In this document: positions 59,558-64,000 of the stretch, piece by piece
How the letters are laid out: each line of letters starts with the position of its first letter
Position numbering within the stretch: position 1 is the first letter of the stretch
NCBI GenBank assembly: GCA_965218795.1
Contig: OZ244653.1
Span: forward strand, 320,001-384,000
DNA: 64,000 nt
Reading direction: 5' to 3'
DNA from: a bacterium
GTDB lineage: Bacteria; UBA8248; JACPRG01; G963555815
The notes under the pieces: generated by a model
What the model was told of the DNA's origin: nothing
What the model saw: the letters and a program-made list of their open reading frames with translations, nothing else
Databases searched by the model: none
Program-made: the position numbers and the translations under genes

Positions 59558-60721
59558 TTGTCCGCTTCATTGGACCCGGCGCGTCTTCTTGAAACGCTCA
59601 AGCGGCTCATCGCGTACCCCAGCCCCCAGCCTGACATCGAGAAGGTACGGGCTTTTATCCAGGAGTCGGTTCGTCCCGAGCTTCCCGTAGATGGCTTCGA
59701 TAGCGTGTTCCAGGATGCAGGCGGGAGCGTCGGCTGGTGGATGCAGGGCAGGTCCGGTGACGATCCGCCGCTCGTCCTCTGCGCCTATGCGGGGAACTTC
59801 CCGGCTGAATCCATGCCCGACCCTTATGGGCCGAAGGAAGTCGTCGGAGACTCCTATGGTCAGGACGGCCCGTGTATGTGGGGCAGGGGGACATGTGAGC
59901 AGATTGGGGCGCTGGCTTCGGCTATCGAAGCGGTCAGGACTTTTGTCGCCGGCCGGCCGGATTCCATGAGGCGGTCCCTTCTGTTCCTGGTCAACACGGC
60001 CGGAGAGACCGGGAGCCACGAGGCCGTATCGAGCTTTTTCGACGAGGCCGCCTTCGCCGGGATTGGCCCCGGCGACGCCGTCATCCTCATGGGGACGAAC
60101 AACGAAGTCTGCCTTGGGAACAAAGGGCGGGTTGATGTGCCCATCGAGATCACCGGCAAGGTCTGCCACAGCAGCACGCCCGATCTGGGAGTGAACGCCC
60201 TTGAGGCCTTGGCCGTCTGCATCGATCGATTGAAGGACGTGAAGCTGCCCCCGGCCGACCCGGACCTCGGCCCTGTCACGCTTGTGGCCACGGGCGCGGA
60301 GACATTTCCCAAGGCGAGCCACACGATTCCGGAGCGGGCGCTCGGAATGCTGGACCGCAGGCTGTTGCCCGGTGAAGAGCCGGAGCCCGCCGTCGAGGCG
60401 ATTCGGGAGGCCCTGGGCGGCCACTCTCCGGCCGGGCTCGATGTGCGGTTCGGGAAGTTCCAGTACGCCAACAAGGTTTCCGCGAGCGCGTCGCTTCCAT
60501 CGGCGGCGGATGCGGCGGTTCATTTCAGGCGGGGCGCTTCTCATCCTTACTACATGAATGCGGCCCTGGATGCCGGGTATTTCTACGTCCGAGGGCATCA
60601 GGCCCTCTGCCTCGGTCCGGGCGACATGGCCCTTGCACATACAGACGCCGAGATGGTGAGGATTCGGGACGTAATCGACGGCGCGGGGATCTATCTGGAT
60701 ATCCTGAAAGGGTTGCTTTAA
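59558..60721 (+). CDS. M20 (ArgE/DapE-like) family protein with atypical metal ligands
   Basis: WGRG, GKVCHSSTPDLGVNA dimerisation domain, DRRLLPGE, GPGD...AHT. Confidence 0.78.
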   Translation: MSASLDPARLLETLKRLIAYPSPQPDIEKVRAFIQESVRPELPVDGFDSVFQDAGGSVGWWMQGRSGDDPPLVLCAYAGNFPAESMPDPYGPKEVVGDSYGQDGPCMWGRGTCEQIGALASAIEAVRTFVAGRPDSMRRSLLFLVNTAGETGSHEAVSSFFDEAAFAGIGPGDAVILMGTNNEVCLGNKGRVDVPIEITGKVCHSSTPDLGVNALEALAVCIDRLKDVKLPPADPDLGPVTLVATGAETFPKASHTIPERALGMLDRRLLPGEEPEPAVEAIREALGGHSPAGLDVRFGKFQYANKVSASASLPSAADAAVHFRRGASHPYYMNAALDAGYFYVRGHQALCLGPGDMALAHTDAEMVRIRDVIDGAGIYLDILKGLL

Positions 60722-60770
60722 GGGGTGCAATCCGGCGGATAGGGTGGTTCAGGGTGGCTTTTTCCAATCG

Positions 60771-62021
60771 TTATTTCCTGACTCCCGATAAATTGAGCAG
60801 CGCGTGTAGCATGACGTTGGTTCCGGTCTCGATGTCCTTCCAACGGGAGAGCTCGTCCGGGCAGTGGCTCCGGCCGTTGACGCTGGGGATGAAGAAAAGT
60901 CCCGATGGCGCAAAGCCGGCCAGAACCTGTGCGTCATGACCCGCGCCGCTGTGCATGTCCCGCCACTTGGCGCCGACGGTGTCGGATCCCTTTTGCAACG
61001 CGCCGCGGACTTTTGACGACATCTTGACCGATTTCGCGGCCAGGGTCTGTTCCATCGTCATCTTGAGGCCGTGCTTCCCGGCGAGATCACGCAGATTCTC
61101 CCGGATGGCCTTGCGCATCCGCACCAGAACCGGCATGGAAAGGTCCCGCAGGTCCACTGTGAAGCGGGCGTGCCCGGGAACGATGTTGGACGCTCCAGGG
61201 CCTAACTCGATGTAGCCGACGGTGGCGACAGTGATGGGGGACCCGTGTTTCTCGACGAGTTTACGGAGCCCGGCGGCGAACTCTGCGGCGCCAAGGTAGG
61301 CATCGTGGCGCAGCCGGAAGGGCGTTGTTCCCGCATGGTCCGGCCGGCCCCGGAGGGTAACCTCGAACTTCCAAAGCCCGACGATCCCCGTGACGACTCC
61401 AATCTCATAACCGGTATCTTCCAAGACCAGTCCCTGTTCGACGTGAAGCTCGACGTAGGCGCGATAATCTTTCCGATGGGCGGCGGTCCTCAGGGATGCG
61501 GCGGGGGGAAAGCCGGCCTTCTTCATGGCCTCCGTGAGCTGGGCCCCTTTCGGATCGCGAGAGGCGTCGAGTTCGTCCTTCGTCAACACCCCGGTCATCG
61601 CCTTGCTGCCGAAAAATCCCCCAAACCTGCCTTCCTCATCGGTGAAGGCGACGACTTCAATGGGATGGCGGATGGCGATATCGGCCTCCTGAATCGTCCG
61701 GACGGCCTCGAGGACTGACAGGACGCCCAGAGATCCGTCAAACCGGCCTCCGTTGGGAACCGAGTCGATGTGCGAGCCGGCCAGGACGGCTGGTGCCGAT
61801 CGGTTCGAGACAACCAATCGGCCGAATATGTTCCCCGCCCCGTCGACCCGCGTTTTCAGGCCGGCGGCCTTCAGCCTGCTCAACAACCACTTTCTCGCCC
61901 GGAGCTCGTTCGGAGAGAAGGCCGGCCGGTGGACGCCGCCCTCAGCCGTCCGGCCGATTCGGGCCAGGTCTTCCAGATCCTTCCTGATCCGTTTGGCGTT
62001 GATGCGGAGGTTTGCCGTCAT
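60771..62021 (-). CDS. Zn-dependent amidohydrolase (allantoate amidohydrolase / N-carbamoylase family)
   Basis: GSHIDSVPNGGRFDG, FTDEEG, ELHVEQG, HAGTTP, SGAGHDAQ. Confidence 0.92.
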   Translation of the reverse strand: MTANLRINAKRIRKDLEDLARIGRTAEGGVHRPAFSPNELRARKWLLSRLKAAGLKTRVDGAGNIFGRLVVSNRSAPAVLAGSHIDSVPNGGRFDGSLGVLSVLEAVRTIQEADIAIRHPIEVVAFTDEEGRFGGFFGSKAMTGVLTKDELDASRDPKGAQLTEAMKKAGFPPAASLRTAAHRKDYRAYVELHVEQGLVLEDTGYEIGVVTGIVGLWKFEVTLRGRPDHAGTTPFRLRHDAYLGAAEFAAGLRKLVEKHGSPITVATVGYIELGPGASNIVPGHARFTVDLRDLSMPVLVRMRKAIRENLRDLAGKHGLKMTMEQTLAAKSVKMSSKVRGALQKGSDTVGAKWRDMHSGAGHDAQVLAGFAPSGLFFIPSVNGRSHCPDELSRWKDIETGTNVMLHALLNLSGVRK

Positions 62022-62075
62022 GAGGAAATTTCCTCCAGGGGCCGATGCGCGGGAGAGCCGCGGAGGGGCGCCCCG

Positions 62076-62786
62076 TTATAGGGAGCCCTTGAGGGCGCCG
62101 TTGCCGGCCGAGTCGAGTATCGATAGGAATGCGGCCGAATCGCTCAGGTCATCGAAGAGGAAATCCGGTTCCGTCGCGCGCAGGGTCTCGGCATCGGCCC
62201 CTCCGGTGGCCACCGCTATGGTTTTTAGGCCGGCGGTCTTGCCGGCCTCGACGTCCCGGGGCGTATCTCCGATGAGCCAAATGGACGGCCTGGCTCCGTC
62301 GGGCAACAGGGCCATGCCGCGCCCCACCGCGGCTTGAACGATGTCCGAGCGTTCGACGGCGTCCGAGCCGAAACCGCCGAATGGGAATCGGTGATTCAGC
62401 TTGGCGCGCCCGAGTTTGGCCCGGGCGCCCTTTTCAATGTTGCCGGTGGCCAGCCCGACGAACGTATTCTTCCGAACCGAGAGCCGAGCAAGCAGACGGC
62501 CGACCCCCGGCAGCACCCGGAACCGGTCGGCTTCCTGCAGGGTGCCGCGAAGCTCCAGGAGGTAGAGACCATAAAACCTGGCCAGCTCAGCGGGCGTCGG
62601 AGGGATCTCCCTCTGCTTCCGGTACACCGTCTCCACGATGTCGGGGTCCGTCTTTCCGTGCAGAGAGACCCCGTTGAGGGAGTCTTCCCATGAATACGCC
62701 TTGGCGAAAGCGCGGTTCAGGGCCTCCCGGCCCGCACCGCCCGAATCGATCAGTGTGCCGTCGATGTCGAACAGGACGATTTGCAT
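62076..62786 (-). CDS. HAD family hydrolase
   Basis: LFDIDGTL, LATGN, IGDTPRD. Confidence 0.9.
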   Translation of the reverse strand: MQIVLFDIDGTLIDSGGAGREALNRAFAKAYSWEDSLNGVSLHGKTDPDIVETVYRKQREIPPTPAELARFYGLYLLELRGTLQEADRFRVLPGVGRLLARLSVRKNTFVGLATGNIEKGARAKLGRAKLNHRFPFGGFGSDAVERSDIVQAAVGRGMALLPDGARPSIWLIGDTPRDVEAGKTAGLKTIAVATGGADAETLRATEPDFLFDDLSDSAAFLSILDSAGNGALKGSL

Positions 62787-62817
62787 GGAATGGGGCATCT
62801 CGGCGGGGACTCTTCTG

Positions 62818-63783
62818 TCAGGGATCGAAAGGCGCGCCTTTTCCGAGGGAAACCGCAGATTCGTAAATGCAACGGCCGACAGCGACATCTTCCAAGGCCA
62901 TCCCCTGGGAACAGAAAAGGGTGATCTCATCATCGGATTCCCGGCCGGGCCTCTTGCCCGCGACGATTTCGCCCAAGTCCTCGACCTCTTCCCAGGAGAG
63001 CGCACCTTCCTCTACGGGGATGATGAGATCGCCGGCCTCGAGCCGGGCCACCTGCAGGGTGTCCACCGTCTTGCGGCTGCACCTCAGAACCGAGGCCGTG
63101 TCCATCTCGCGGCGGTTGTTCCAGTTGGACCCGACCGCATTGATGTGGGTTCCCGGCCGGATCCAGTCCGCCAGCACGACGGGATCCTTCGCCCGGGTCG
63201 CCGTGACGATGATGTCGGCGTCCCGTACACAGGCCTCCGCCGACGGTGCGGGCTCGACGGGAATCCCAAGGCTCGCTTCCATTTCCCGGCAGAAGGTCCG
63301 GCAGCGTCCTTCGTCACGCCCGAAGGCCAGGACCCGCTCAATCGGACGGACCTCTTTCAAGGCCGAGAGTTGGCCCCGCGCCTGCCACCCCGTGCCAATC
63401 ATACCGACATGACGGGAGTCTTTCCGCGCCAGGTAGCGGCTGGCCACGCCGCTGGCTGCACCGGTCCGCAACTGTCCCAGCTTGTTAGCCTGCATCACGG
63501 CCAGGGGAGAGCCGTCGTCATCGTAAAGGAGCACCGTGAAACGGACGCCTCCTTTCGAAGAGGTATACACCTTGACTCCCGTTGCTCCTCCCCCGAGTTT
63601 TCCCAGGTCAGCGGAGCCCGCGGCCATGAAGTGCAGGACGGATTCTCCTCCCATCACTCGTCTTCTGGGCTGGTTTTGGGCCATCCCCTCGCCAAACAGG
63701 CGGAAGCATTCCTCGACCGCCTCGACGGCCGTCTTCATATCGAGCAACTCAGTCACATCGGCTTCGGACAGGTATATAGCCAT
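62818..63783 (-). CDS. Ornithine cyclodeaminase/mu-crystallin family protein
   Basis: LRTGAASG, IGTGWQA, GTHINAVGS, GMALEDV. Confidence 0.92.
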   Translation of the reverse strand: MAIYLSEADVTELLDMKTAVEAVEECFRLFGEGMAQNQPRRRVMGGESVLHFMAAGSADLGKLGGGATGVKVYTSSKGGVRFTVLLYDDDGSPLAVMQANKLGQLRTGAASGVASRYLARKDSRHVGMIGTGWQARGQLSALKEVRPIERVLAFGRDEGRCRTFCREMEASLGIPVEPAPSAEACVRDADIIVTATRAKDPVVLADWIRPGTHINAVGSNWNNRREMDTASVLRCSRKTVDTLQVARLEAGDLIIPVEEGALSWEEVEDLGEIVAGKRPGRESDDEITLFCSQGMALEDVAVGRCIYESAVSLGKGAPFDP

Positions 63784-63811
63784 GAGAGAGCTCGGCTGAT
63801 CTTATCGAGGC

Positions 63812-63847
63812 AAAAAAGAAGCCGGGAACCCACTGCCTTCCCCGGCC
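63812..63847 (-). terminator. Rho-independent terminator after tRNA-Cys
   Basis: Minus strand GCCGGG...CCCGGC stem followed by TTCTTTTTT. Confidence 0.7.
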
Positions 63848-63859
63848 ATTTCGGAACAC

Positions 63860-63933
63860 TGGAGGCGGCACCCGGATTCGAACCGGGGATCAAGGCTTTG
63901 CAGGCCTCTGCCTTACCACTTGGCTATGCCGCC
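63860..63933 (-). tRNA. tRNA-Cys (GCA)
   Basis: GGCGGCATAGCCAAGTGGTAAGGCAGAGGCCTGCAAAGCCTTGATCCCCGGTTCGAATCCGGGTGCCGCCTCCA: cloverleaf with GCA anticodon and CCA end. Confidence 0.97.
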
Positions 63934-63986
63934 CCTACGAATTTTTGACTTCCCAGGGCATCTGCTCCACGGGAAGCGTATTTCAA

Positions 63987-64000
63987 TGGAGCGGGAAACG
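63987..64000 (-). tRNA. 3' end of a probable tRNA-Gly (truncated by window)
   Basis: Minus strand CGTTTCCCGCTCCA is typical of tRNA-Gly(GCC) 3' ends; the Gly-Cys order is common. Confidence 0.65.

Noticed and set aside
59567-60730. 387-aa antisense ORF almost coextensive with the M20 gene
   Set aside because: Codon-bias shadow with no recognisable domain
63860-64000. tRNA-anchored genomic island downstream of tRNA-Cys
   Set aside because: No integrase and no duplicated tRNA 3' end seen in the window; a terminator and ordinary genes follow
1-64000. CRISPR arrays, rRNA, transposases, prophage genes
   Set aside because: No repeat-spacer periodicity and no diagnostic motifs observed

Overview
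A GC-rich bacterial chromosome segment. The gene content suggests a diderm, possibly a Nitrospinota/Tectomicrobia- or deltaproteobacteria-like lineage, but that taxonomy is inference only. Core genes: dapF-dapA-ctpA-dapB, dapL-folK-deoxynucleoside kinase-panC, yicC-gmk-coaBC-udg, rqcH, an M16 protease pair, ppc, tRNA-Cys and the 3' tip of tRNA-Gly. These are interleaved with many catabolic or transport genes: two CoA-transferase pairs, three paralogous EamA transporters, a carbon-nitrogen hydrolase, an NCS2 permease, an orphan xanthine-dehydrogenase-family Mo subunit, LLM, SDR, GGT, two M20 enzymes and an ornithine cyclodeaminase-family protein. I saw no CRISPR array, rRNA, integrase or transposase. 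Most notable observations: (1) a lower-GC radical SAM/SPASM gene with its own sigma70-like promoter, bracketed by a 186-bp direct repeat of the 3' end of the neighbouring flavin-reductase gene; (2) an operon of two giant secreted TPR proteins plus ExbB-ExbD-TonB with no receptor, where the second TPR protein has a TonB-box-like N-terminal segment; (3) a 170-bp MITE with a target-site duplication; (4) a ferritin-like/AbiV-HEPN gene pair; (5) enzymes with non-canonical catalytic residues; (6) several pseudogene remnants, including a frameshifted nitroreductase and a RiPP-related fragment.
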